Shown in pieces: positions 24,058 to 32,598 of a stretch of 43,437 bases of DNA. A model generated the notes under the pieces. It was not told the DNA's origin, did not search any database, and saw only the letters and a program-made list of their open reading frames with translations. Origin of the DNA: an uncultured Verrucomicrobiota bacterium (GTDB lineage: Bacteria > Auribacterota > JABMQX01 > JAFGEW01); the NCBI GenBank assembly GCA_964550015.1, contig CAZJXV010000001.1, forward strand, positions 1 through 43,437. The letters run 5' to 3'. The number at the start of each line of letters is the position of its first letter. Positions within the stretch are counted from its first letter, which is position 1. The position numbers and the translations under genes are program-made.

Positions 24058-24966
24058 TCAGACGCTCTCGAAGCGGGTGAGCGTGACGTATTCGAGGTAG
24101 CGGTTGGCGATGTCGTCTTCGGTGAGGCCCTTGAGCCGGTCGAGGCCGAAGTCCTCGACGTTGAAGGAGGCCATGACGCACCCGTACACGACAGCGCGGC
24201 GCAGGTGCATCTGGCTCAGGTCGCCCGACTTGGCCAGGTAGCCCATGAAGCCGCCGGCGAAGGTGTCGCCGGCGCCGGTGGGGTCGAGGACGGTCTCGAG
24301 CGGGAAACCGGGGCAGGCGAAGAAAAAGTCGCGGCCGAAGAGCAGCGCCCCGTGCTCGCCCTTCTTGATGACGACGTAGGTCGCGCCGCTCTCGAGGATC
24401 TGCTTGGCCGAGGCGATCAGGCTCGGGGTGCCGCTGAAGAGGCGGGCCTCGGCCTCGTTGACGATCACGACGTGCACCTTGCTGAAGAGCGTGGCGACGG
24501 CGTCGCGCTTGGTGTTGAGCCAGAGGTTCATGGTGTCGCAGGCGACGAGCCTCGGCGCGCGCACCTGCGCGAGGACGCCGAGCTGGAGGTCGGGGTCTAT
24601 GTTGGCCAGGAACACGTCCTCGGCGTCGCGGTAGGCCTCGGGCAGCACGGGCTGGAAGGTCTCGAACACGTTGAGGCACGTGGACAAGGTCTTGGCCTCG
24701 TTCATGTCGTAGTGGTAGGCGCCGCTCCAGCGGAAGGTCTCGCCGTCGAGCACCTGGAGGCCCTGGGTGTCTATGCCACGGGCCTTGAGCAGCTCGACGT
24801 GCTCGGGCGGGAAGTCGTTGCCGACGACGCCGACGATGGAGACGGGCCGGAAGAAGCTCGCCGCGTAGCTGAAGTAGGTGCAGGAGCCGCCGAGGATGTC
24901 CTCGCGCTTGCCGAACGGGGTCTCGATGGTGTCGAGGGCGATGGAGCCGACGACCAGGATGCTCAT
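24058..24966 (-). CDS. PfkB/ribokinase-family sugar (or nucleoside) kinase
   Basis: The N-terminus is MSILVVGSIALDTIETPFG. Other landmarks are VVIKKGEHGALL, DPTGAGDTFAGGFMGYL and the PfkB signature. ATG 24966 is the first start after REP-like or garbage codons in the longer ORF-track entry. Confidence 0.85.
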   Translation of the reverse strand: MSILVVGSIALDTIETPFGKREDILGGSCTYFSYAASFFRPVSIVGVVGNDFPPEHVELLKARGIDTQGLQVLDGETFRWSGAYHYDMNEAKTLSTCLNVFETFQPVLPEAYRDAEDVFLANIDPDLQLGVLAQVRAPRLVACDTMNLWLNTKRDAVATLFSKVHVVIVNEAEARLFSGTPSLIASAKQILESGATYVVIKKGEHGALLFGRDFFFACPGFPLETVLDPTGAGDTFAGGFMGYLAKSGDLSQMHLRRAVVYGCVMASFNVEDFGLDRLKGLTEDDIANRYLEYVTLTRFESV

Positions 24967-25117
24967 GGATTGGCCTCGCCGATTAGTGTGTGGAGGCATT
25001 ATAGGGGCTGTCGGGAGCAAGGCAAGGGGCTCTTGCCGATAGCAGGCCGCCCGGTCTGGCGTCGGGTGGCTCTGGGCCGGGCACTGCACGAATTATGCTG
25101 GTAGTCTCAGAAAAAAC

Positions 25118-25147
25118 TTGACAATGGCTTTCCACATGTGCTACGAT
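25118..25147 (+). promoter_or_regulatory. possible sigma70-like promoter (TTGACA-18 nt-TACGAT) for 25244..26152
   Basis: TTGACA at 25118-25123 follows an A6 tract, and TACGAT lies at 25142-25147. It is about 95 nt upstream of ATG 25244, which is preceded by GGGGAGGA. Confidence 0.4.
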
Positions 25148-25243
25148 CAGCGTTGGTTATGTTTTTCGGGGAGTTCCGTCTTTTTGGCTGGGTGAACGAG
25201 GGGAAACATCTACAATTTCCATGAACGTGGCTGGGGAGGACGA

Positions 25244-26152
25244 ATGATGTCTAGGGTGTTACTTTCAATCACCGCCTCTGCTTTTCTTGCACCGCTCGCG
25301 TTGTTGGGTGGCTCAGCGTGGGCCGATGACGTGTTCCCGGCTCCGTGGCGTGGCGATGCCGGTTCCTTTGTGACAACGTTCGATACGTGGCAGGAATCGT
25401 TGCCGGGAACGTATCTGCCAGACAGCTATGAGTACTGGCCCGTCGAGGCCAACCTGGGCGTGCCTCTCGCTTACATTGAATTTGGCGTGGGCACGGTGCT
25501 TGCCGGTTACGAGGGGCGGACGAACGTGCTGACGTTCGACCAGGACCAGGGTGGCGAGGACACCCCAATGCTCGGCTTCTTGCTCGACAACTTTGACGAG
25601 GACAAGCCGCTCAAGCGCATCCGGGTGCAGGTCACGTATCAGCACGTGATCGGATGCATCCCGTATTGGATCGAGGCCGAGTGGTTTTGGCCCGGTGACA
25701 GCGACCACACGAGTATGCCCGCGTTTGAGGTCTGGGTTGATGAGCTTGACTGGGGGGATGGCTGGCGGACGAGGGTCTACGAGTTTGAGCTCGACCCGAA
25801 TCCGTGGGACGAGCTAGTTCTGATCGAGTTCTGGCAATACGGCGGTCCGCAGACGGCGACCTTCGTGGACCAGGTCGTGATAGACACGCTGTGTTTTGAC
25901 CTGCCCGGCGACGTGGACGGCAACGGCGTGGTGGACGGCCTGGACCTGACGGCGGTGATGACCGCGTGGGAGACCAGGCCGGGTGACCCATTGTGGGACC
26001 CGGACGCAGACCTGGATGGGAACGACCTTGTGGACGGCCTGGACTTGACCGAGGTGATCTCGAACTGGACCGTGACGTCTGCCGCTGCGGCTTCTGATAC
26101 GGACGCGAAACCCGGTCGCGGCAAAGGCAACGTCAAGGCGAAGAAGAAGTAA
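25244..26152 (+). CDS. secreted protein with C-terminal dockerin-like Ca-binding repeats; ends at a TAA that precedes an in-frame PEP-CTERM segment
   Basis: Signal peptide MMSRVLLSITASAFLAPLALLGGSAWA. Two dockerin/EF-hand-like repeats read DVDGNGVVDGLDLTAVMTAW and DLDGNDLVDGLDLTEVISNW. A Lys-rich end GRGKGNVKAKKK is followed by TAA at 26150-26152. Confidence 0.8.
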   Translation: MMSRVLLSITASAFLAPLALLGGSAWADDVFPAPWRGDAGSFVTTFDTWQESLPGTYLPDSYEYWPVEANLGVPLAYIEFGVGTVLAGYEGRTNVLTFDQDQGGEDTPMLGFLLDNFDEDKPLKRIRVQVTYQHVIGCIPYWIEAEWFWPGDSDHTSMPAFEVWVDELDWGDGWRTRVYEFELDPNPWDELVLIEFWQYGGPQTATFVDQVVIDTLCFDLPGDVDGNGVVDGLDLTAVMTAWETRPGDPLWDPDADLDGNDLVDGLDLTEVISNWTVTSAAAASDTDAKPGRGKGNVKAKKK

Positions 26153-26263
26153 GCCGTACAGTATGCAGAGGGCTTTTGGGGCGGGGCCGCGCCTGAGCCC
26201 GCGTCAATGGGGCTGGCCGCGGGCCTCGGGCTCCTGACGATTCTCGCCAGGCGAAGACGCTAG
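26153..26263 (+). other. in-frame continuation encoding a canonical PEP-CTERM sorting signal (AVQYAEGFWGGAA-PEP-ASMGLAAGLGLLTILA-RRRR-stop)
   Basis: My hand translation in the same frame as 25244..26152 has no further stop until TAG at 26261-26263. PEP lies at 26192-26200, then a 16-aa stretch whose last 14 residues form a hydrophobic helix, then RRRR. This is the textbook PEP-CTERM architecture. Confidence 0.7.
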
Positions 26264-26289
26264 CACGACATACGCAGGCAAGCGAGAAC

Positions 26290-26324
26290 AGGCCATGGGC
26301 GGTGTGTCCATGGCCTTCTTGTTT
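26290..26324 (+). terminator. intrinsic terminator located after the PEP-CTERM segment
   Basis: The stem is AGGCCATGG (26290-26298) paired with CCATGGCCT (26308-26316). The loop is 9 nt and the tail is TCTTGTTT (26317-26324). Confidence 0.6.
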
Positions 26325-26567
26325 GGCGCGGCTGGAACGGATGGTGGCGCCGGGGCATTCACCTGAGACGCCGTGTCGCAGCGACAAGCCGGCTGTCGGC
26401 TCGAGCGGGCCGGCGCTGGGGACGCGCGCCCAGGGGCCGGCGGAATAGCTTGGCCCGATGCCTCCTGCAGTGGCATCATGGGAAGGCGCGAGGCCGGATC
26501 ACGAAGGGCGGATGCGCGGGCAAGGCGCGACCCACAGCCGCTCATGGCGAGCCAGGGAGGTCCGATC

Positions 26568-29480
26568 ATGCGTCGTCTGCTGAGCTTCCTTTCATTTGTC
26601 GTGGTGCTGGTGGTGCCCGCCTGCGCGGCGGGAATGAGCGGGTTCTCGCCGCCCGCGCCGGAGCTTGGCTACTGGTCGCGGGAATCGAATCGTGAGACAG
26701 GGGGCATGACGCAGAAGGTCAGGCCCTGTTTCAACGCCGATGGCACACGGCTGTATTGCATCAGCACCTGGAATGCCGAGGACCGGCATGGACAGGTGGC
26801 AGTCCGGGAGGTCAAGAAAGGCCGTCTTTATCGAACGCACTACCAGTGGAAGGGAGACACCCATCTTGCGGTGGCTCCTTCGCCTGACAACAAACGGTTG
26901 CTGCTGCTCTCGACGTACGGCCGGGGGGCGCGAATCGCCGTGGCCGACATGTCGGGCAAGATCCTCAGGCCACTCGCGAGGCGGCTGGACCGGGAGCGCT
27001 CGCAGATGGCGTGGTCGTCCGACGGGAATTTCATTTACTACAGTCTTCCCGCCGAGGACGGCGACGGGATGGCGCTCAAGCGGGTGACGCCCAACGGCGA
27101 GACGCACGAGACGCTCATCGAGACGGGGGTGGCCGAGTTCGATGTTGCACGCAAGGCCGACCGCGTCGTGGCGCTCGCGGGCGGCAAGCTGCTCGTTCTG
27201 CACGACGGCGAGGTCGCGAGCACGTTCGAGCCGCAGGGGGTGATCGAGCGGCTCCGGGTCTCGCCGGATGGGACGAAGGTCGCCTGGGGCGGCCGACGGA
27301 TCGTCGTGTTCGACCTGAAGGAAGGCAAGGTGGTTGCTTCGACCAGGGAGCCGGAGGGTGAGGCGGCGACGGACCACAGGCCCGCGTGGTCGCCCGACGG
27401 CGACGAGCTGGTCTTCGAGCGCGCGGTGCACCTGGGCGGCATGGTGGGGCCGATCGTCGCCACGCGCCTCGCTTTCTTCGATCCGGGCTCCGGCTCGGAG
27501 CGCGAACTGGACGAGGAAATATTCACCCGGGACCACATCGAGTGGTCACCGGCCGGTGACCTCATCGTCTACGACAGCTTGGAGATCGGGGCGGAAGATT
27601 TCCAGCGGGCCGAGGTGCACCAGCCATCCGAGCTTATGCCGGCCCCCGAGGGCGCGACGTGGACGCAGACGAACGGGCCTTACGGCGCCGGCGTGCGCGC
27701 CTTCGCCGTCGCGCCGAGCGACGGGCGGATCGCCTACGCCTACGCCCGGGGGCTGTACGTGACCGAGGACGGCGCCGAGAGCTGGCGGCGAGTTGGCATG
27801 CAGCCGCGGAAGAGGCTGAACGGTGAGGTCAGCGACATCGCCGTGGACCCGAGGAACCCGAAGATCGTGTACGCCGCGGCGGGCAACAAGCTCTGGCGCA
27901 GCGAGGATGGCGGCGCGAGCTGGGTGCTGTTCTGTCCGAAGGACAAGGAGTGGTCGGCCCTCCAGATTGCCGTGCATCCGACCGAGCCGGACGTGGTGTA
28001 CGCGCTCCGGGGCGGCCGACGCCTCGTGCGCTGCAGCGCGGCGGGGACCGAGGTCATCAGCGAGTTGGAGAACACATCGGCCACCCAGGTCTCGGTGGAT
28101 CGGCGTAATGCACATCTCGTTGTTCTCAGCGACCGCTATCGCTCGAAGCAGGTGGTCATGTTCTCGACCGACGACGGCGCAACGTGGCGCAAGCCGGCCC
28201 CGCCTGCGAGGGAGCAGGGCGTCCTCTTCATCACAGGGGACGCACAGGATGAGCACCTCCTGCTCGCGCAGGCCACATCCGGCCGCGTCTACTTCAGCAC
28301 GGACGGCGGCGAGAACTGGGACCTCTACGCCGACCCCGAGGAGCCCGGCCTGTGGACCGACCAGGTGCGCGCGGTGGTCGAGACGTCCTTCCCCCTGCCC
28401 GCCGTGCGCCCGGCGGAAGGCTGGGTGGGCGAGCTGCTCAGTGCACAGCGCGACGCGCAGAACCCGAAGCGGATTTACATGAGCGTTCGCGGCCAGGGCC
28501 TGTACCGCTCCGACGATGGGGGCAAGCAGTGGCATGCCGCTAACGCGGGCCTCGGCAGAATGTCGATGGGCGCGTTTGTCGTCGCCCCGGACCGGCCGGG
28601 TTGGGTCGTGATTTTCGGCTCCCGCGTCATGACGACACGCAACGGCGGCGAGACCTGGCAGCCCTCGGTGATCCCAGCCGGCTACCTCGGGAACCTGACC
28701 GACTTCGCCGCCCACCCCGACGTTCCGGGCCTCATGTTCTTCTCGGCTGCCAACTTCGCCGTCACCCGCTCGACGGACTACGGCCGGACCTGGGGGGAAA
28801 TCCTGGGGAACTACAAGACCTTCGACGTCGGCTTCGACTGGCGGTTCACCTTCGACCGCGAAGACCGGGACCACATCATGGTGTATGCGCAAGGCGGCGT
28901 GCTCGAATCGAACGACGGCGGAACGAACTGGAAGCGCGTGTCGAAGTTCCGCCCCCTGCCGCGCCGGTTCCACCGGCACCAGATCGTCGGGCGGGGCGAC
29001 GTGATCACCGTGTGCGAGCGGGACAACTGGCGCGTCTTCCAGTCGCGTGATCTCGGCAAGACGTGGCGAGTCCTCGAGGGGCCGTTCCGGGGGCGGCGGC
29101 CCGCGGTCATGACGGGCCGGCCTGACAAGCCGAGCTCGATTCTGCTCGTGACAGAGAGTGAGCGCAAAACCTACTGCAGCGTGCTGTGGGCGACCGACGA
29201 CTCCGGCTCAACGTGGGAGGCGCGCCCGCTGCCGCAGCGGTACGCGCACGCAACCGCCTTCGCGTGCAGCCCTGCCGCACCCGCGATGCTGGCGATCGGT
29301 TTCGACGACGGCACCGTGTGGCTCTCGCTCGACGACGGCACGCAGTGGCGCGATCTCGGCGCCGGTCTGGCGGCGAACAAGGAAGTCAAGGCGCTCGCCT
29401 TCAGCCCCGCGGATAACCGGCTCTACGCTTCGCTTGAGGACGAAGGGCTGTTCTGGATCGAGCTGCCTGCGGCAGACTAG
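26568..29480 (+). CDS. secreted TolB-like (PD40) beta-propeller fused to a large BNR/Asp-box (sortilin/GH74-like) propeller region
   Basis: ATG 26568 follows GGGAGG and a 7-nt spacer. Signal peptide MRRLLSFLSFVVVLVVPACAA. PD40-like motifs are AWSSDGNFIYY, VSPDGTKVAW, AWSPDGDELVF and EWSPAGDLIVY. Eleven Asp-boxes are present: TEDGAESW, SEDGGASW, STDDGATW, STDGGENW, SDDGGKQW, TRNGGETW, STDYGRTW, SNDGGTNW, SRDLGKTW, TDDSGSTW and SLDDGTQW. The ORF-track start at 26373 is too far upstream. Confidence 0.85.
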   Translation: MRRLLSFLSFVVVLVVPACAAGMSGFSPPAPELGYWSRESNRETGGMTQKVRPCFNADGTRLYCISTWNAEDRHGQVAVREVKKGRLYRTHYQWKGDTHLAVAPSPDNKRLLLLSTYGRGARIAVADMSGKILRPLARRLDRERSQMAWSSDGNFIYYSLPAEDGDGMALKRVTPNGETHETLIETGVAEFDVARKADRVVALAGGKLLVLHDGEVASTFEPQGVIERLRVSPDGTKVAWGGRRIVVFDLKEGKVVASTREPEGEAATDHRPAWSPDGDELVFERAVHLGGMVGPIVATRLAFFDPGSGSERELDEEIFTRDHIEWSPAGDLIVYDSLEIGAEDFQRAEVHQPSELMPAPEGATWTQTNGPYGAGVRAFAVAPSDGRIAYAYARGLYVTEDGAESWRRVGMQPRKRLNGEVSDIAVDPRNPKIVYAAAGNKLWRSEDGGASWVLFCPKDKEWSALQIAVHPTEPDVVYALRGGRRLVRCSAAGTEVISELENTSATQVSVDRRNAHLVVLSDRYRSKQVVMFSTDDGATWRKPAPPAREQGVLFITGDAQDEHLLLAQATSGRVYFSTDGGENWDLYADPEEPGLWTDQVRAVVETSFPLPAVRPAEGWVGELLSAQRDAQNPKRIYMSVRGQGLYRSDDGGKQWHAANAGLGRMSMGAFVVAPDRPGWVVIFGSRVMTTRNGGETWQPSVIPAGYLGNLTDFAAHPDVPGLMFFSAANFAVTRSTDYGRTWGEILGNYKTFDVGFDWRFTFDREDRDHIMVYAQGGVLESNDGGTNWKRVSKFRPLPRRFHRHQIVGRGDVITVCERDNWRVFQSRDLGKTWRVLEGPFRGRRPAVMTGRPDKPSSILLVTESERKTYCSVLWATDDSGSTWEARPLPQRYAHATAFACSPAAPAMLAIGFDDGTVWLSLDDGTQWRDLGAGLAANKEVKALAFSPADNRLYASLEDEGLFWIELPAAD

Positions 29481-29495
29481 CCTTCCAGCCCGGGG

Positions 29496-30053
29496 CTAAT
29501 CCGGCTTCCGGCTTGCCAGCCATCGGCCGGTGAGCTCCAGCACCTCGGCCTTGAGGTTCATGTTCTGGCGGCGGACGGGCACGAGGTCCAGCACGTCGAA
29601 GCCGCACAGACCGAGGACGCGCTGCATGCGCTCGACGCACGCGGGGGCGCCGCCGCCACCACCGCCGGCGACGCACACGCCGACGGCCGGCTTGCCTTCG
29701 ATGCCCGGTTTCGCCGATTCGTGGCGCGTGATGCGCCGCAGCCGGTCGAGGAACGCCTTGAGGCTCTCGCTCAGGTCGCTGAAGTAGACGGGGTTGGCGA
29801 AGACGACGGCGTCGGCGGCGCGGATATTCTCGACGAGGGCGGCGAAGTCGTCCTCGATGACGCACGCGCCTTTCTGGATGCAGTCGCCCCAGCCGCGCTC
29901 GTCGCATTGGCGGCAGCGTTCGATGGCGAGTTCGGGCAGGAAATGGCGGTCGCAGTCGGCGCCGGCGCTGGAGGCGCCCTGCAACAGCGCGTCGGCCATC
30001 GTGGCGGTTTTGCCGTCCGGATTGCGGCTGCCGGAAATCATGGTGATGTTCAT
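29496..30053 (-). CDS. flavodoxin-like fold NAD(P)H-dependent FMN reductase / iron-sulfur flavoprotein family
   Basis: Landmarks are MNITMISGSRNPDGKTATMADALLQG, a Cys cluster CRQCDERGWGDCIQKGAC, VVFANPVYFSDLSESLKAFLDR and GKPAVGVCVAGGGGGG. Confidence 0.75.
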   Translation of the reverse strand: MNITMISGSRNPDGKTATMADALLQGASSAGADCDRHFLPELAIERCRQCDERGWGDCIQKGACVIEDDFAALVENIRAADAVVFANPVYFSDLSESLKAFLDRLRRITRHESAKPGIEGKPAVGVCVAGGGGGGAPACVERMQRVLGLCGFDVLDLVPVRRQNMNLKAEVLELTGRWLASRKPD

Positions 30054-30151
30054 CCCTTCTCTCCTTGGCGCGGTCGAGCGTGTTGACGAGCGCGCTTTCT
30101 GTCGCGCCCACGGGGCTTATCTTTTTCCTTTCCGTTCTGGCGCCAAGCCGG

Positions 30152-30192
30152 GGCTGACGCCCTGGGCTAGGTTCCGTGGCCCCTCCGGGGCC
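30152..30192. repeat. degenerate third copy of the 21598/21702 REP-like element
   Basis: GGCTGACGCCCTGGGCTAGGTTCCGTGGCCCCTCCGGGGCC. It shares GGCTGACGCC...GGCTA...GTGGC(G)CCCTCCGGGGC and contains the hairpin GGCCCC-TCC-GGGGCC. Confidence 0.5.
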
Positions 30193-30224
30193 TCGGCGGG
30201 CGCGGGGACACCCAGCCTACAACA

Positions 30225-31085
30225 CTATTTCAGGTAGACGCCGAAGCCTTCAGGCGTTTCGGCGACGTGGTGGGCGCGGAAGTTGTCGCGGCAGAACGCG
30301 TGAAAGCGCTCCAGAGACGCTGCGCGCGGTCCTTGCGCGTAGTCGTTGTGGACGACGAGCAGGGCGCCGTCGCGCATTCTGTCGAACATGCCCTCGACGA
30401 GGAAGCCGTAAATGCCCTTGCCGTGGTACGCCGGGTCGGGATTGTCGCGGCCCCCGTCGGCGTCGAGCAGCGCCAGGTCAATCCCCGGCGCGATCTGTGG
30501 GAAGACGTCCTCGGCCTTCTTTGCGCGCACCAGGGTCCGGTCAGCGAAGCCGAGCGCCCGGAAGTTCCTCTCGGCGAGGGCGCATACTTCGCGGTTGGGA
30601 TCAATCAGCACCGCCTCGCCGCCCGCCGCCGCGACGCCGGGCATCGCCCAGACGGCCCAGTAGCCGTAATACGAGCCGACGGCCAGCATGCGCTTCGGCC
30701 TGATCGCCGTGGAGATCAGGTAGAGGAGCCGCGCCTCGTCGGGCTGGATGTAGGTGTGGCGCGTGCCGTGGTCGTACGCGGCGCGGATCGTGTTGCGGTA
30801 CTCCTTGAAGCCGGCCGCATTGTCCGCTCCCGGCAAGAAGCCCCCGTGCACCAGCGCCTCGAAGACCTCGTCGGCGTGCGCGTCGAAATCCGGCGGGTAG
30901 CGCGACGCGAGACGCAGCAGGCCGGCCGAATCGCCAAGCGCGGCCTTGACCGTGGCGGCATCAGTCTCGATCCATCGCGTGTATTCAGTTCGCGGGATCC
31001 GGCCCGCACAGTAGTCGCGATAGACAGGGAAGTTCGAAAGGACCGCCTGCACATGGTCCGACACGGGCCCGGGTGGGATCATCAT
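30225..31085 (-). CDS. class I SAM-dependent (O-)methyltransferase-like protein
   Basis: The start is MMIPPGPVSDHV at 31085. The Rossmann-type core is RMLAVGSYYGYWAVWAM...EAVLIDPNREVCALAERNFRALGF...IDLALLDADG, followed by GALLVVHND. The upstream 127 codons of the ORF-track entry are P/A/S/T-rich garbage. Confidence 0.7.
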   Translation of the reverse strand: MMIPPGPVSDHVQAVLSNFPVYRDYCAGRIPRTEYTRWIETDAATVKAALGDSAGLLRLASRYPPDFDAHADEVFEALVHGGFLPGADNAAGFKEYRNTIRAAYDHGTRHTYIQPDEARLLYLISTAIRPKRMLAVGSYYGYWAVWAMPGVAAAGGEAVLIDPNREVCALAERNFRALGFADRTLVRAKKAEDVFPQIAPGIDLALLDADGGRDNPDPAYHGKGIYGFLVEGMFDRMRDGALLVVHNDYAQGPRAASLERFHAFCRDNFRAHHVAETPEGFGVYLK

Positions 31086-31137
31086 CGGCTTCCCGCTGCA
31101 GTGCTCGTCGTTGTCATGCCAGTCCCTTGGATCTGTC

Positions 31138-32574
31138 CTACCTCTTCTCGCCAAAGATCGGCAGGGGGCGGCCCTGGGCTTCGGGGGTGGCGAAGCCCAG
31201 CAGCGTGCCGACGGTGGGGGCGAGGTCGAGGAGGTTGTGGCGCGTCTCGACGGTGCGGCCGGCGGGGGTATCGGGGCCGATGGCGATGAGGAAGCAGCGG
31301 CGGCAGCCGGGGCAGGCGCAGCCGTGGTGCTGGAAGCCGCCGTGCTCGAGGTCGTGTCGGCCGTGGTCGGTGGTGATGAGGAGCGTGGTGCGGCCGGCGT
31401 AGGTGTCGCTTGATTCGAGGGCGTCCCAGAGCGCGCAGGCGATCCAGTCGAGGCGCCGCAAGGCATCGTCGTACATCCAGCGGACGCCGGCGTGGGCGAT
31501 CTCGTCCATCTCGCCGAAGTTGATGACGAGGAGCGAGGGGCGCACGTCGGCGATGACGTGCCTGGTCACCGCCCAGGCGGCGGGCTCGGACCAGGTCGAA
31601 GTGGCCACGACGTCGCGGGCGCGTTGGGCGTCCTCGTCGCTCGGGTAGCGCTCGGAGTCGGCGGGGGCGTAGACGCTGGCGCCGAAGCGCGGGCCGTAGT
31701 AGCGGCCGCGGCAGTAGCCGCCGTACTCGTCGAGCAGCGGCCCCTCGAAGGTCGAGTAGTTCATCTTCGAGACGCGGCCCTTGCCGGCGACGAGCACGCA
31801 GCGGGTCGGGTCGTGGTTGATCGGGTTCGACGGCGTCTCGATCATCTTGTGGTACTCGAAGACGGTGGGCTTGTTGGGGCGGACCTCGCCGCTGTTGCCG
31901 ACGTGGTCCTGCGGCGTGCCGGTCATCATGGTGGCGTGCGCCTGGCCGGTGGCGGTGTCGCCGTCGCAGAAGAAGTTGGGCAGGAACGTGCCGAGCGGGC
32001 GCAGCTTGTCGCTCAGGTTGGGCATGAGGTCTGCGGCGGCGCCGTCGCCGAAGGCGTCCTCGTAGCGCAGGCCGTCGAGGATGGCGACGACGACGTTCTC
32101 CGTGCGCGTTGTGCGGGTGACGTCGGGCTTGAGGACCCAGAGGTGGACCTTCGAGCCGGCGTCGTCGGCCTCGAGCAGGACCTCGCGCTCGGCGAGCAGC
32201 TCGCGCACGGGCCAGCGGACGGTGACGGGCGCGGTCTCGAGGACGAGGGTGCCCGCCTCGTCGGCGTCGAGCCACAGCGTGATCGAGGCGGGGCCGTGGG
32301 CCTCGCGCAGGCTGATGGCGTCGTCGTAATAGTGGCCGTGCTCGCCCGCTTGCTCGACGAGTTTCCGGTATTCCGCCTCGTAGTCGGGCCCGCGGCCAAG
32401 GGTGGTCACTCGCCACGTGCACGCCTTGGCGTCAAAGCGGTCGCCGGGCCGGCGGTCGAAGCCGCGGCCGGCGGCGCGGGTGATGGTGCCTTTCTCGACG
32501 AACGCCTTGCCGTCCCAGCGCACGTCGCGCTTGCCGAAGCCGAAGTCAATCTTGACGACGATTTTCATGCTCAT
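31138..32574 (-). CDS. alkaline-phosphatase-superfamily metalloenzyme (NPP/phosphodiesterase-like core) with an extra ~150-aa N-terminal domain
   Basis: The core motifs are VVVAILDGLRYED (metal Asp), DTATGQAHATMMTG (candidate Thr nucleophile), VINFGEMDEIAH and LLITTDHGRHDLEHGGFQHHG. The N-terminal beta-rich domain begins MSMKIVVKIDFGFGKRDVRWDGKAF. No signal peptide is visible. Confidence 0.7.
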   Translation of the reverse strand: MSMKIVVKIDFGFGKRDVRWDGKAFVEKGTITRAAGRGFDRRPGDRFDAKACTWRVTTLGRGPDYEAEYRKLVEQAGEHGHYYDDAISLREAHGPASITLWLDADEAGTLVLETAPVTVRWPVRELLAEREVLLEADDAGSKVHLWVLKPDVTRTTRTENVVVAILDGLRYEDAFGDGAAADLMPNLSDKLRPLGTFLPNFFCDGDTATGQAHATMMTGTPQDHVGNSGEVRPNKPTVFEYHKMIETPSNPINHDPTRCVLVAGKGRVSKMNYSTFEGPLLDEYGGYCRGRYYGPRFGASVYAPADSERYPSDEDAQRARDVVATSTWSEPAAWAVTRHVIADVRPSLLVINFGEMDEIAHAGVRWMYDDALRRLDWIACALWDALESSDTYAGRTTLLITTDHGRHDLEHGGFQHHGCACPGCRRCFLIAIGPDTPAGRTVETRHNLLDLAPTVGTLLGFATPEAQGRPLPIFGEKR

Positions 32575-32598
32575 GCCTCTCTGTCTGTTCCGATTGCC

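Noticed and set aside
24967-25089. ORF-track N-terminal extensions: 24058..25089 here, and likewise 26373-26567, 31086-31466, 41221-41592, 13899-14021, 19583-19708, 20148-20273 and 22663-22896
   Set aside because: The extensions are compositionally aberrant or run through REP-like DNA or the upstream gene. Internal ATG or GTG codons with SD-like sequences give N-termini that match family expectations or signal peptides.
29478-29498. Short palindrome TAGCC...GGCTA between the convergent stops of 26568..29480 and 29496..30053, considered as a bidirectional terminator
   Set aside because: It has only a 5-bp stem and no U-tract, which is too weak to call.
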